Positions 22,895 through 41,136 are shown, counted from the first letter of the stretch. The stretch: DNA of 64,000 nt from the human T2T-CHM13v2.0 reference genome, Homo sapiens (GCF_009914755.1 NC_060928.1); one strand, 5' to 3'. Notes: generated by a model not told the origin, from the sequence alone. Made by a program: numbers and translations.

Positions 22895-25099
22895 TCTCTA
22901 GCCATCAATTTTCTCATCTCTGAATTGGAACCATAACTGCTGTGAGGGTGCGTGCAATGAAGCAGCATGTGTAGTTCTGTGCAGAGCACACATCTTATTC
23001 ATCTCATGCGCTGAATGAGCCTCCTTCAACACCCTCGACTTCCAGAACAGGTTTTCTCCCTGCCTCTCACTCTAGGTTCACTATGGGAAGAACCGTCACT
23101 GTGTGGATAAAGCCCCTAAGATAGTTCATGTCTGGCCACCTTCCATCCACCACTCATTGAGATTTGTGACCTTAAGGACTTCTCCTTGCCAGGAATCTCT
23201 AACATGAACAGGCTGGGCATGGGCTGGGGAGTGTTGAGTAGAAGAGCCGGACCTCAGAATGCAGCATCGGGCAAAGTAAGTACGTGTTTTATTGAGGGCC
23301 TAACTCTTGACTCTGATCACATAGGGATTTACAGACAGGACAGATGGGCCTGGCTTTCTGGCTACAGCAACACCTATAAAGACACCAGATTCAGCAATGT
23401 GGGCTTCCATCCGACATGCTCAGCCATGTGAGTCTCTTAGGAAGCTGCAGATCTGCAAACTTCTGCCTGTAGAATGCTCCATATCTCAGCCAAAATATAT
23501 TCAAAAAAATCTTCTTACACTCCAGTGAGAAGGTTTATTTTATAAAAATGAAATTTACTTTTCAAAGATTTTCCAAACCATTTTCACTGCTCAGTGAAAG
23601 TTGAAAGCAGAGAGATTTGTGAAGCCCCATACAAAAATTGAGCCATTTACAGATTTGTCAAGCTCAAGATGTTTACTCAGTCTGAGTAATCTGCCCACCT
23701 GATATTTAAATATTTATATTATATAAGATTAATCTTTTTTATACATTTGTAGCATAAAATTAAATATTCGTTTTTACAAGGTTGTGTGTGAATGATTGCT
23801 AAATCATTGCTAAAAAGCAACCATTTAAGAATCCAAATTTGTTTAATAAAATTCTGCCAGAAATAAACTGTAAGATGTCACAGATTTCAGAGTGCAGAGA
23901 ATGCTTTCCAGAGAAAGTAACATTAGGTTGGGATATAAAGAAAGAGTGGGTGGAAATAAGGGAGTAAACAATGTTTGGGGCATGAGAATTCTCATGGACA
24001 AAAGCTCCCCATGCAAAGGTCCCGTGGCAGGAGAGTTCCCTGTGCTGAGTGTGGAAATAGAGGTGAAGGGTGAGATGGAGATTAGGGGGTACCAGACTGT
24101 TAGGTCCTTTGGGGACATGGTAAAGAGCTTGATTCTTTCCAAGAGCTGTAAAAGCTGCTCCAGTGTATGAAGGAGCATGATTAAAATTGCAATTTGAAAC
24201 CATCACGTGCAGGGAGTGGAAAGGCGTGAGGTAGAGTGAAGTGGAGCAAATCCCTGAAGGGGCCATGCAGTGCAGGTGGGTGGAGACGGTCATGTGGAAA
24301 ATTGACTCAAATGGGACCTGGGATCTGCCTCAGGATGGGGGTGGGGCGGAGCATGGGAAAGAGTGCAGGTCATTCTAATGGCGGCCGCACCTACCAGGTC
24401 AGGCCAGGCCTCCGCATCGGGCCCTGCTGCCTCCTGGCCCTGGGACTTCCTGCTTCATTGCGGGTGTTCTGGGGTCTCTTTTTCTCCCAAGGCTTCCTTG
24501 TGCCCAGGTCATTTCTTGGAGACAGTGATTCCCGGAACGGAAACCGTCAACAGCTGCATAACTCCTTGGCTTGGGGCTTTTCAGTTACTCTTTCTAGATA
24601 CAGGAGGGCCCTGAGTTGGTCTCTCTATATCTCCCCCTGCTAGTTGGGGAATTCTGCAGCCACTGGAGTAGGTTCAGCTTGTTGTGAGGGGCAGGGAGCA
24701 GGAGGTGGACTCAGTCCAGGCCTTCAGAACTGAAGGCCAAAGTTCATTCCTCGTCCTGCAGCGCTAGAAATTGCATCAGGGAGACAGGGTGAAACTGCTG
24801 TGCTCCAAACCTGCACACAGCTGGGTGGCACTTGGAGAGGCCCCACTGAGCCTTTCAGAGGTCCTGGGTCCGAATCTGCAAAGATGGCATTAAAGTGCTT
24901 TGAGCGAATTAAGGAGGATTAACAAGGCGTAAATTAGATCATGTATATTCGCGCCACCCGCATCTACCTGCCGAAATTTAATCACAACAGATTCCCACTC
25001 ACCCATCAGGAGCTCATTTACAGCCTGGCCCTGCCCAGGCTCCTCAGGGGCAGGGCCGCAAGTCCTCGGTGGACGGGGCCCTAAGTGCCACCTTGCTGC

Positions 25100-25216
25100 T
25101 GGTGCATATAAATCTGGGTCTCAGCGCTGACCTCAGTCTGGTGCAAGAGTGTCCTCGGTCGACGCTCTTGGAGGTCCGTGTCCAAGACCATTCTGAATCA
25201 TCTGCTCCAGGTAAGC
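25100..25216 (+). promoter_or_regulatory. Putative TATA box and exon-1 donor of the TRIM75-like pseudogene
   Basis: TATAAA at 25107-25112. ctgctccag|GTAAGCcgggag (GT at 25211) matches the putative TRIM60 exon-1 donor ctgctccag|GTAAGCtgggag. Confidence 0.55.
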
Positions 25217-26229
25217 CGGGAGTAGGACTCAGTACCTGGGGAAGATGGAGCCTAGAAAGACCCCTGACTCCCTGGGTGCCCGCTCTGCCTAACGAGAGCC
25301 GGCAACTTGTGAAGGAATCCAAACTGGCATCTGGCTATTTTAAAATAGATGCCGTTTATTATGGTTCCCAAGGATTGACACTACAGAATCGGGACCGGGA
25401 GAAGATGGAGGTCGCAGTTACTGGGACTGCAGATATCCAAACGGGCACATTTACTACAGTCGCAGGGTTAGTAGGAGAGCTCATGGCACTCTCCCCGCTG
25501 CTCTATAACACTGTGTCAGGGAGGTGAGTTCTCATGGAGAGCAGGGGATGTTTGGGTCAGGAGGAAGTGACAGATGAGCTGAGAGCTGGCGACAGCACAG
25601 GAGATCTGCTTGTACAAAGCTGCTGGGAGAACGTTAGGGAAGGTGGGAGCTGCAGAGAGCAGGGGCCAGGAGACGTAGGTGGGGGCACACTCCTCAGATG
25701 GGAGCAGCAGATCTATGGGAGAGGGGCATGAGCAGAGCCTTGTGCCTGGACAGTGGATCAGAGGCAGCCCCAGTGGGGGCAGGTGGGGTGGGCAGTCAGG
25801 GGCAGGTGTAGGCATCCCGAGGGACAAGTTGGTAGTTTGTGAAGGGTGGTATTGGGGATGACCGAAGGTGGGCTCCATGTCAGTGGGATCCTGAGTGTGG
25901 ACATCCCGGGGTATGATATTAGACACCACTGAGTACCTTTCTACTGCAAGGAACATCTTCTCTCCTGAATTAATCCTTCCTGGCTAGTCAAGTATCACAT
26001 AGCCACAAACAAAGGAGCTAGGATTTTGGCCCAGGAAGCCTAGCTCAGCCTCTGCTCTCACCCCACCAGGCTTCCTCTCCTTCCTGCTTCACTGCCCTGA
26101 GTCTGCAATCATTTTAACCTTGCCAATCCGATGAGGCACAAAGAAAAATCTCTGCTGTTCTCCACTCTGATGTGTCCGGGTTATGTAAAATGATCTGCTT
26201 TATTTTTCCAATTGTGTACTGGTTTCTAG

Positions 26230-26544
<315 letters not shown>

Positions 26545-28075
26545 TGAGTGGAGACGGGGTTTCACCATGTTTGCCAGGCTGGTCTTGACCTCCTGACCTG
26601 AGGTGATCCACCCGCCTCAGCCTCTGAAAGTGCTGGGATTGCAGGCTTGAGTCATGGTCCCCAGACAACTTTTATATTTTTTATACAGACGGGGATTTGT
26701 TATGTTGACCTGGTTAGTCTCGAACTCCTGAGCTCAAGCGATCTGTCCTTCTTGGCCTTTCAAAACGGTGGAATTACAGGCATGAGCACCCAAGCCCAGC
26801 TGATTTACATTCTCAGCAGCTCTGTATGAACCTTCCTGACACACTGCACCTTTAGTTTTTGGCCTCCAGCTGTCAAACCCAGAATGCCCTTATGCCTCCA
26901 AGGGTTTTGAGATAATTGAATCAACAGTATTTAAGTGCTGGCATTATTTTGATTCATTCTTCCTTCTAATATGTAGCTGTTCACTCATTCCAATTTAAAT
27001 ATCGGGATTTAACCATAACATGTTCTCTGTGGGGTGCTCTGAATTTTCCTCTACACTGACAGTCCGCTGAAAGCTCTAGTAAGCCTCTCAGGCTCTCAGC
27101 TTCCATTTCAGAATCAGTACCTGCTTCTAAGAGTAAGTGCCAGTCCTTCTCAAGGTCTCATTTGTACAAATGCTTTACTAGACGGTAGTTCACACATTAT
27201 TTTAAAGACAAGTCGTGTGTCTTTAAATGTGTGTTTCCCATCCTACTTCACAGTGAAATCCTGACTTCCAATTTCATTCTGAGCGTTATGTGAAAAAATC
27301 ACAGTTTTCTTACTTGACACCCATCAGAGTTAGTCAAATCTCACCAAACTTCTAGCCGTATATGTGCACAATTGATATATACAGCAAATGAAAAGCTCAG
27401 ATGGACCAAGTAAACATTGGGCTATTATGAATCTAGTACTATCAGAAATATCTGTGGTTTAACCCTAAAAGTCCCAGATGCTATTGTAGGTTTTTCACAG
27501 GATTTCAATGATTGAAGTTGGCATTTTTATCCTTCTGTAGTTGATTCTGCTTGAGTCCAATACGTTAAGTTACTTTCTCAGGTACCTCATGGAGGATGTG
27601 ACTAAGACTAGAATCTAACCCAAGGACACAGCATCTAGTTCACAATATGATGTCATTTCCACAAAACCATGCAACCCTGTGTGGTTTATTTGGATGTGGG
27701 TAGATGGCTGAGAGTGAAGGGAAGAATCAGTGGTTGCCTCAAATGTGGTATTGAGCAGAGCACAAAAAGAAGGAAGTTCTACTCTAAGGTGGGCCCTCTT
27801 CAGCAGGTTGGGCTCTGTGGGTACCAGGAAAATGGCAGCCTTTTGTAAATGAAGAAATATTTTCTCATCCCCAGGACCTCACAGGCACTTTAGAGTCGTG
27901 TTTGCTTTCTGAACAAGAGAATTGCTTCGCAGCTACTTGCCCAACTGCTCTATGACCTGCCACAGGTGAAGGCAGAGCTGCTCTCAGCAGCTGAGGCTGG
28001 TGACCCCAGAGGACGTCAACGACTGACTTCAACAGACAGGGAGACCTTCAGGACAGGAAGGTCAGGGAGATCTGA

Positions 28076-29510
<1,435 letters not shown>

Positions 29511-29967
29511 ACTGTGACATTGCTTCATTTTCTTCCTGTAATTTATACAGTTGTCACTGAATTTAGCATCCATAAGTTTTATAAAGTACTTTTATAAGTT
29601 TAGTCTTCTCATTTTGTTTTATCTTATTTTCAAAAATTATTTTGTTTCAATAGCAAGAGATATTGTAGAAATTAACAGATGTGAGGATAAACTATTAAGT
29701 GTTCTGGAAATCTAAAACTAGAGTGTATGAAATTGTGATCCCTTTAGTCTAATCAATTTTGCATACAATAAAATATTTTCTGTATCATACAAATTTCAGG
29801 TGGCAGAGAAGACATGACTGTGGGAGACAGTTCTCTAAAGGTCTCTCCCATTTCTGCATGTGTTGAGAGCAATGCACTCATTGCTCCAGACTATGTATTC
29901 AAAGAGGTTTTTGTGGGTAGATGTTATGAAAAGGCTAATATTGTATGATTCCTACAACGTAACATTC

Positions 29968-30545
<578 letters not shown>

Positions 30546-30796
30546 CATAAAATTCTTAAAATGGAAAAACTATGAAGACAGTAAAAGAATTAGTGGTTGA
30601 CGGGGTTGGAGGGTGGGAGAGATGAACAGGAAGAGCACAGAGATATGCTAAATGCAGTGAATTACTCTGTGTGGTGCTATGATAGTGAATACACACCATA
30701 CATTTTTCATCTGCCACAAAATGTAAAAGTGAAATCCTGTGTAAACTATGGACCTTGTGTGATAATGATGATTCAATGTAGATTCATCAGTTGTAA

Positions 30797-31162
<366 letters not shown>

Positions 31163-32646
31163 TAGCCAGGATGGTCTCGATCTCCTGACCTCGTGATCCA
31201 CCCGCCTCGGCCTCCCAAAGTGCTGGGATTACAGGCGTGAGCCACCGCGCCCGGCTGTAAAAAGGGTACTTCTACTTGCCTCTGTGAGAAGCACAAAGGA
31301 TGTTTTTCTGATATTCACTGCGAGAACCTGATAGAGTTTCTGAGAGGTAAATCTCATAGAAATATAGGGCTGGGTCATCAATAACAAGGTCCCCCTGGAG
31401 TAGAGATGAGCCTGGACTCAGGGAAGGGGCAGGAACCTTAGGTGGGGTTTGGGGGGTGGGAGGTGACCTCACCAGACCAGTGGGCCTGTGGAGTGATCCT
31501 GCAAGGGTGCCTCACAACAGTCCATGAGGATGAAAATGGTTTGGTTTGGGAGGCAGATTTGAGGCCAGCAGAGTGGATAGTGGATGATGCAGGCTCATGA
31601 GACAGAGATGTGGTACACCTCAGTTTCCCAAGTACACTGACACACCTGGCTAATTTCTTGTATTTCTTTAGGTTTCACCATGCTGCCCTAGCTGGTCTCA
31701 CTTCTGAGCTCAGGTGATTTGCCTGCCTTGGCCTCCCACAGTGCTGGGATTACAGGCATGAGCCACCATGCCCGGCCTATATTTGTTTCCTAATGTTCAA
31801 AAGCCAGAAATTGCATGAGAAAATCTACCAGATTTATAATATTAACTGAAGATGTAATCTCAAATAAGAACTGTGGAGTCAGTGGCTAATAGGATGAACG
31901 ATGTGAGAAGTTATTTGATGGTGACATAAAAAAATATTGAGGGTGCTATGGGAAGATGGAGAAATGATAGAAGAATCTGCGACATTGGATGAATTACCCA
32001 TTCTAGGCCTCACTTTCTTCTTCCTTATGAAGAGACACTCATAACTACCTTTCAGTTCTGATGTGTCGGTTCCAGTGAATGTTTAGGTGAAGCACTCGGC
32101 CCAATGCATGTATCATGGTTAGTAAATCAGTAAATGCTAGCTCTTCTATGGGAAAAAACCACAGGGCTGACTACACTGTGGGAAACACTAATCTGGAAGA
32201 CAAGATATCCTACAGTATGTTCAGGACCCATCCATCTCACATATAGTATTCCCCATAGAAGAGTTTCTTCAAATTTTGTAATCCATTTTAAAATAGCCTG
32301 AAGTATACTTATATATATTAACATAGGACAAAATAAATAATAAATAGGCAGTTAAAGAACATGCAGGTAGCTCCTATTTGGAGATTTTTAAAAAGCAGAC
32401 TCTTCTGTACATAATCCTGAGACTCATATAAATGTTTCCTTGTACATGCATACTCCATTTGGGAGCATTTACAGGAAGCCAATAACAGCAATTAACTTTT
32501 GGAAGGTAAATGGATGACAGCAGGTCACTGTGTAACTTTTGTGCCAAGTAGGGTATTCTCTGCTATACAGCACACAAATTTACTCCTTGAAACCTTTTAC
32601 AGTGGAGCCTTCCGCAGTGGAAAGATTGGTATTTGTGTTCCTAACA

Positions 32647-32649
<3 letters not shown>

Positions 32650-32680
<31 letters not shown>

Positions 32681-32750
32681 AATTCTTTAAACAATTTTAT
32701 TATTTATTTAATTATTCTTTAAATAATTTTACTTTAATTCCAAATATATA

Positions 32751-32787
<37 letters not shown>
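32650..32787. repeat. (TA)n / (TG)n microsatellites
   Basis: Two TA runs and a short TG run; a (CA)n run also lies at 41609-41643. Confidence 0.9.
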
Positions 32788-33491
32788 GTTTTCTTATTCT
32801 CTTCTCTGAGTAGATACTCTTCTCATGAAGGGGGGACCAAACTTTTATTTCATTGCTCTTCTCTCTTTGCCCTGCACTGCAGCTCCCTGCTGGTGAGAAA
32901 TGTGCAGTTATCTTTGTGTTCTAGGCTTGTAGTCAGAGCCCACAGACAGCTGGCAGTCAAATAATCTCTTGCAGAGATATAGGAGTGAATGAGCTCTCAA
33001 GGAATGGGACAACAGGTAGACAGTGTACGTATTAACGTAAAGGTCCTGACTGCGATGGGATCTGAGGTGGACATTGTCCCTAGTAGCTGAAACCATGGGC
33101 TATGAATGATTTTGCTAAGGATCTCACAACCTGCCGGAGTCACCAGTGGAGACTTCTTTAAACTACAGCCCAGATACCTGAAAGGTAACTTTGGAATCAT
33201 CTCACCTAGGGAAGCCTGCTCCTACACCTGCCTGGCGCTGCCCGGGCATAGCCTATCTTTTCTCCACACTTCTACAAAGCAACTACCTACAGAATGAGCA
33301 GATAAAGTATAAATGTCTCTACTGGCAGGTTGTTCATGTGTCTGTGGCTGTGGAGGCTGAAAACTACTGGAATGAGTTTGAGAATCCACAAAACAGAGGC
33401 AAGGACTGATTCTGAAAACACTTCTTTTGGCCGGGCGCCGTGGCTCCCGCCTGCAATCCCAGCACTTTGACAGGCCGCGGCGGGCAGATCA

Positions 33492-33833
<342 letters not shown>

Positions 33834-34524
33834 TTAAAAAAAAAAAAACCATGATGAGAACTTTCCCAATATTCAATTAACCCAGTACAAAATCACTGAT
33901 TAACTTAGAGGAGTTTCAACGGAGTAATGAGAGAAAAATCCAGTCTTCAACTCCTAATCCCCTCACGCCCTGCCCACTCCTTTTCCCAGGCCGAAAATGG
34001 AATCAGAGAGGAAGGTGGAAAATGCTCATCTGACCCTGTGATTGGCCAGAGACTAATTGCATCTGGAGTCTGTCCAGTTGGAAAGTAGAAAGAAAACTCT
34101 CCACAGGGTTATAAGCTCAGGAGCCAGGCTTAGAACTTAGAAGGAAGAATACACGCCTGATTGAACATCCTTTTAAAATGAGAATCATCTTCTCCCCATA
34201 AGCAATAGAGGACTTTCAGTGGTGACTCTTTCCTGAGCAAGAGGACTCACAGTGGACCTTCAATTCCTGAGGACCAGTGAACACAGCGGAAGACAGTTAC
34301 TAACTGGCTACAGAGGGGCTCTTCTTAGAAGTTGTCTCTGGAATTGAAGGAAAGGAGGCAGAAGGACCCTTCAGAAGGTCCAGCTCCATAGGTACTGACT
34401 TCCAGAAAGGAGAAAGTTGAGTTATCAGTTTCTCAAGTTCCTTACATGAAGAAAACAAGGCTTTCCTTAAGAAAGAAACCTCAGACACATCCTTCCCAGC
34501 ACAGGGGTCTCTACAGTGTCCTGG

Positions 34525-35215
34525 GGCCGACTCCAAGCCAAGGTCAGCTGCTACATCTGCCTGGATTACCTGACAGACACAGTGACCACTCTGTGGGCAG
34601 AGCTTCTGTCACTCCTGTCACTTCTGCATCCACAGTGCTGGGAGGACTTACAGGACATCTTCCCCTGTCCCATCTGTCCTCACTACTTCCCTGACCAGAA
34701 CCTCAGGAGCAACACCCAATTGTGCCACATGACTGATATTGTCCAGCAGTTTCCGCCCCCATGAGGAGCAAGAGGGAAGGGCAGGAAGAGTAGCCCCTGT
34801 GTGGGAAGCACAGTCAGAGTCTGGCCCTGTTCTGTGAGAAGGATCTGGAGCTGTGTGTCAGTCAGCTCTGGCTATGGGGGTTACTTTCTCTTGCCCATTG
34901 AGCAAGCGGCAGCCAGGCACAGGAGGAAGCTCGAAAGCTACATTCATCCCTGAACAAGTAAGTCGAAGGTGCTAAAACGGGGTGTGAAATGCACACTTCA
35001 GAGTCTTGAAGTTAAAGGGGAAGAGTGAAACAAGGATGTATTCTCTGAATTTGAACAAGTGAAGTGTTTCTTGTCAAAGAAACAAGTTGCACTTCGTGCC
35101 AGTTCAATTCTTATTGAAGAGGAGGATGTTGAAGAAAAATTAAAAACAAAAGCCAAATTTCAGACCACATTTTCTCATGAAAAGATGTGCTTTATGAAAA
35201 ATACTGAGAAGTGTT
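34525..35215 (+). pseudogene. TRIM60-family pseudogene (RING, B-box, coiled coil), cut by an L1
   Basis: LQAKVSCYICLDYLTDTVT, QCWEDLQDIFPCPIC, NLRSNTQLCHMTDIVQQ and LCGKHSQSLALFCEKDLEL with frameshifts and stops. Ends at an antisense L1 3' end. Confidence 0.88.
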
Positions 35216-35700
35216 TATTTTTATTTTTAAGTTCCAGGGTACATGTGCAGAATGTGCAGGTTTGCTACATAGGTAAACATGTGCCATGGTGGTTTGCTGC
35301 ACCTATCAACCCATCACCTAGGTATTAAGCCCAGCATGCATTAGCTATTTGTCCTAATGCTCTTCCTTTCCCTACCCCACTGGCTTCCAGGCCCCAGTGT
35401 GTATTGTTCCCCTCCCTGTGTCCCTGTGTTCTCATTGTTCAGTTCCCCCTTATAAGTGAGAACATGAGGTGTTTGGTTTTCTGTTCCTGCATTGGTTTGC
35501 TCAGGATAATGGCTTCCTGCTCCATCCATGTCCCTGCAAAGAACATGATCTCGTTCTTTTTATGGCTGCATAGTATTCCATGGTGTATATGTACCACATT
35601 TTCTTTCTCCAGTCTACCATGGATGGGCATTTGGGTTGGTTCCATGTCTTTGCTATTGTGAATAGTGCTGCAGTGAATATACACGTGCATGTATCTTCGT
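35215..35700 (-). mobile_element. L1PA-type 3' end fragment
   Basis: gtacatgtgcagaatgtgcaggtttg...ctgcatagtattccatggtgtatatgtaccac; minus-strand ORF CIFTAALFTIAKTWNQPKCPS (ORF2 C-terminus). Confidence 0.9.
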
Positions 35701-36075
35701 AGAGATAAGGTTTTGCCACATTGCTCAGGTTAGTCTCAAACTCGTGGCCTCAAGTATTCCTCCTGCCTCAGCCTCTCAAAGTGCTGGGACTACTGGCATG
35801 AGCCACCATGCCCAGCCCACCCTAAATTTATTATTCTTGAAAATAGAGAAAGTGTGACATCTGCAGCAAGGAATCTTAACTGTACTAATAATTTCAAAGC
35901 TATTTACTCTCCACAGTCTTGGGTCTGAGGGATTTAATACTGGCAGGAATTCTGGCAGGTAGAATAAAGAGGCACAGCTGTATGATCCTTTGGTGTGTGT
36001 AAAGAGTCTTTATTCAGAAAGGCTCACACAGCACCATCACCAAGATTGGATGTTGGCGCCAGGTGCAGTGGCTCA

Positions 36076-36857
<782 letters not shown>

Positions 36858-38439
36858 TTTTTTTTTTTTTTTTTTTTTTATTGTTCATTCTTGGGTGTTT
36901 CTCGCAGAGGGGGATTTGGCAGGGTCATAGGACAATAGTGGGGGGAAGGTCAGCAGATAAACAAGTGAACAAAGGTCTCTGGTTTTCCTAGGCAGAGGAC
37001 CCTGCGGCCTTCCGCAGTGTTTGTGTCCCTGGGTACTTGAGATTAGGGAGTGGTGATGACTCTTAACGAGCATGCTGCCTTTAAGCATCTGTTTAACAAA
37101 GCACATCTTGCATCGCCCTTAATCCATTTAACCCTGAGTGGACACAGCACATGTTTCAGAGAGCACAGGGTTGGGGGTAAGGTCACAGATCAACAGGATA
37201 AAGATTTTTCTTAGTACAGAGCAAAATGAAAAGTCTCCCATGTCTACCTCTCTCTACACAGACACGGCAACCATCCGATTTCTCAATCTTTTCCCCACCT
37301 TTCCCCCCTTTCTACTCCACAAAACCGCCATTGTCATCATGGCCCGTTCTCAATGAGCCGCTGGGCACACCTCCCAGACGGGGTGGTGGCCGGGCAGAGG
37401 GGCTCCTCACTTCCCAGTAGGGGCGGCCGGGCAGAGGCGCCCCTCACCTCCCGGGCGGGGCGGCTGGCCGGGCGGGGGGCTGACCCCCCCACCTCCCTCC
37501 CGGACGGGGCGGCTGGCCGGGCAGAGGGGCTCCTCACTTCCCAGTAGGGGCTGCCGGGCAGAGGCGCCCCTCACCTCCCGGACAGGGCGGCTGGCCTGGC
37601 GGGGGCTGACCCCCACCTCCCTCCCGGACGGGGTGGCTGCCGGGCGGAGACACTCCTCACTTCCCAGACGGGGTGGCTGCCAGGCGGAGGGTCTCCTCTC
37701 TTCTCAGACGGGGCGGCCGGGCAGAGACGCTCCTCACCTCCCAGACGGGGTCGCAGCCGGGTAGAGGCGCTCCTCACATCCCAGCCGGGGCGGCGGGGCA
37801 GAGGCGCTCCCCACATCTCAGACGATGGGCGGCCGGGCAGAGACACTCCTCACTTCCTAGATGGGATGGCTGCCGGGAAGAGGCGCTCCTCACTTCCTAG
37901 ATGGGATGGCGGCCGGGCAGAGACGCTACTCACTTTCCAGACTGGGCAGCCAGGCAGAGGGGCTCCTCACGTCCCAGACGATGGGCGGCCAGGCAGAGAC
38001 GCTCCTCACTTCCCAGACGGGGTAGCGGCCGGGCAGAGGCTGCAATCTCGGCACTTTGGGAGACCAAGGCAGGCGGCTGGGAGGTGGAGGTTGTAGCGAG
38101 CCGAGATCACGCCACTGCACTCCAGCCTGGGCACCATTGAGCACTGCGTGAACGAGACTCCGTCTGCAATCCCGGCACCTCGGGAGGCCGAGGCTGGCGG
38201 ATCACTGGCGGTTAGGAGCTGGAGACCAGCCCGGCCAACACAGCGAAACCTCGTCTCCACCAAAAAAATACGAAAACCAGTCAGGCGTGGCGGCGCGCGC
38301 CTGCAGTCGCAGGCACTCGGCAGGCTGAGGCAGGAGAATCAGGCAGGGAGGTTGCAGTGAGCCGATATGGCAGCAGTACAGTCCAGCTTCGGCTCGGCAT
38401 CAGAGGGAGACCGTGGGGAGCGGGAGAGGGAGAGGGAGA
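36858..38439 (-). mobile_element. SVA retrotransposon, near full length (CCCTCT hexamers, Alu-like part, VNTR, SINE-R, poly(A))
   Basis: Poly(T) at 36858-36879, LTR5-derived SINE-R ~36880-37360, GC-rich VNTR ~37370-38035, Alu-like part, (AGAGGG)n at ~38420-38439. Confidence 0.96.
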
Positions 38440-39026
38440 GTAGAGGGTTCATTTTGTAGTTTATTTTCTAATTTGAATAATGGATCATACTTGTTTTCAC
38501 TGACTGACATGTTGATAGAAAAATGTATGCTTTATTTCTGCTTTCAACCTTTTTCAACATCTCTTACAATCAAAATAGTCAAAGATCAATGGTATCGTAC
38601 CTGAAAGACTGTAGAGTATGATATATTCTCTTGCTTTATTCTTGGCGGGTACTTCTAATAAAGAGTGTGACTCCATTTTTGATGTTTGCTGACAACTTTT
38701 AATCCTCACCCCTCTCTCTTCTTCTGCTCCACATCCAGGCTGGCTGATAAGCCAGGATTCCTCCCTCTGGCACAGGTGGGAAGTAAAATAAAATGCAGAA
38801 CGCTGAATATAACTTGCTCCCATTGGTGTGAAAACAAACTGAAAAGGGTTTCTTTGCTTGTATACTGATATATCCATAAGATTTTCCCGGAATGATATGG
38901 AAGAAACTTATGAATGGCAACTCTGGAGAGAAACCTGGGTGTGGGATGAGAGGGCAATTTGCTTTTCACAGTATCCTATGGTGACACTGTGTATTATATC
39001 AAGTTCATCTATATCATAATGTTTTA

Positions 39027-39287
<261 letters not shown>

Positions 39288-39853
39288 TCACTGATTGCGC
39301 CACTGCACTCTAGCCTGGGCGATAGAGCAAGACTCAGTCTCAAAAAAAAAAAAAGAATCTGAATACATCCTATGATGTGTGACTGCTGCCAGCTTTTAAA
39401 TTTTACCACTCTTTGTCTTTTCCCTTCTGCCCCACATCTGAGCACCATAATAGGAAAACTCAGGTGCTCTCTCTTGGTGAAGGTGAGCAGTCAATCCACA
39501 CAAGCCCCTTCACACACATGGAAACACTCAGTTTCACCCCCACCCTGTAAATAAAATAAAAACCACCAGCTGGTTTCCCTGCTCGCAAGCCATTTCAAGC
39601 CAGATAGAAAAACCTGTCCTACTCCTCCCTAAAAGCCTAATCAGACAGTTAGATTTTTTTACATACTCTTTTGGGGTGTGTGTGGCATCATCAGTCTCAA
39701 TATCTGAACCAAATTTTGGATGGGGATCCATTCTACTTCTATGAGATGATATTCATTAGAACCCCAATTTTAGTGTTGTTGACCAGATGAAAACCTTTTT
39801 CCTACTCCCTTATAGGACAGATATAACACCTGTAGTTAGTCAAAAAACCATAG

Positions 39854-40285
<432 letters not shown>

Positions 40286-41136
40286 TAGCCAGGATGGTCT
40301 CAATCTCCTGATCTCGTGATCTGCCTGCCTCGGCCTCCCAAAGTGCTGGGATTACAGGCGTGAGCCACCGTGCCCGGCCCCACATCAGGCTAATTTTTGC
40401 ATTTTTGGTAGAAATGGGGTCTGGCCATGTTGTCCAGGCTGGTCTCAAATTCCTGGGTTCAAGTGATCCTCCCACCTTGGCCTCCCAAAAGTGCTGGGAT
40501 TACAGACATGAGCCATTGCACCAGGGTGCAGTTTTCTGATAGCAGGGACTCTAAACTCATGGGAAAGCCTAAATGAGTTCCCCCCAGCAAAGTCTCCCTT
40601 GAATATCAGCGCAGTGTCATGAAGAGTGAACTATCTGGTGGAGCCTGTTCTGTCTAGGACAAAGAGCCAATGATGTCACCTGAAAGGAGAGCCAGAGAAA
40701 GAAACCTGGGAATCACTCCCATCTAAGGATACTGAATGGGGAAAAAGTAGTAATATCTTAAACAAACCGACAAGGTACAGTCTGAGACCAGTCAGCAATA
40801 TCAAATTGCTGAGAGATCAAGAAAACTAAATTTAGACAAACTGTTTCAATGCCCTTGGACACCAGATCATTATAAAAGTAGAAAATAGTTTTAGATCAGT
40901 GATAGAAGAAAATGACAAATCATCTCTTTTTGAGAGGGACGGAGAAAGAGGCAATAATTTCGTTTTCTTGGACCAGAAGATATATTTAATCTGGAAGTAA
41001 CTGTGGTCTTACTTTTTGTTTTTTCTTTGTTAACAAACAAAGTTTGTTTGTTTGTTAACACACTGTTATGGGTAGTATAATCAGGTTTCTGTATGATTTA
41101 CTTTCTGTGCCACAATAGAAGCGAAGGAAATTTTCA

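Noticed and set aside
24973-24984. DUX4-like motif AAATTTAATCA
   Set aside because: Mismatch to TAAYYYAATCA and single copy; too weak to call.
23799-25956. 130-165 aa ORFs on both strands
   Set aside because: No recognisable domain, mostly non-ATG starts, and overlapping frames typical of GC-richer non-coding DNA.
36880-37360. Apparent fourth HERV-K LTR in reverse orientation
   Set aside because: It is the SINE-R part of the SVA (internally deleted LTR plus env end).
37337-38360. GC-rich tandem repeats resembling a CRISPR-like array or CpG-island gene
   Set aside because: SVA VNTR and Alu-like domain; no unique spacers; eukaryotic context.
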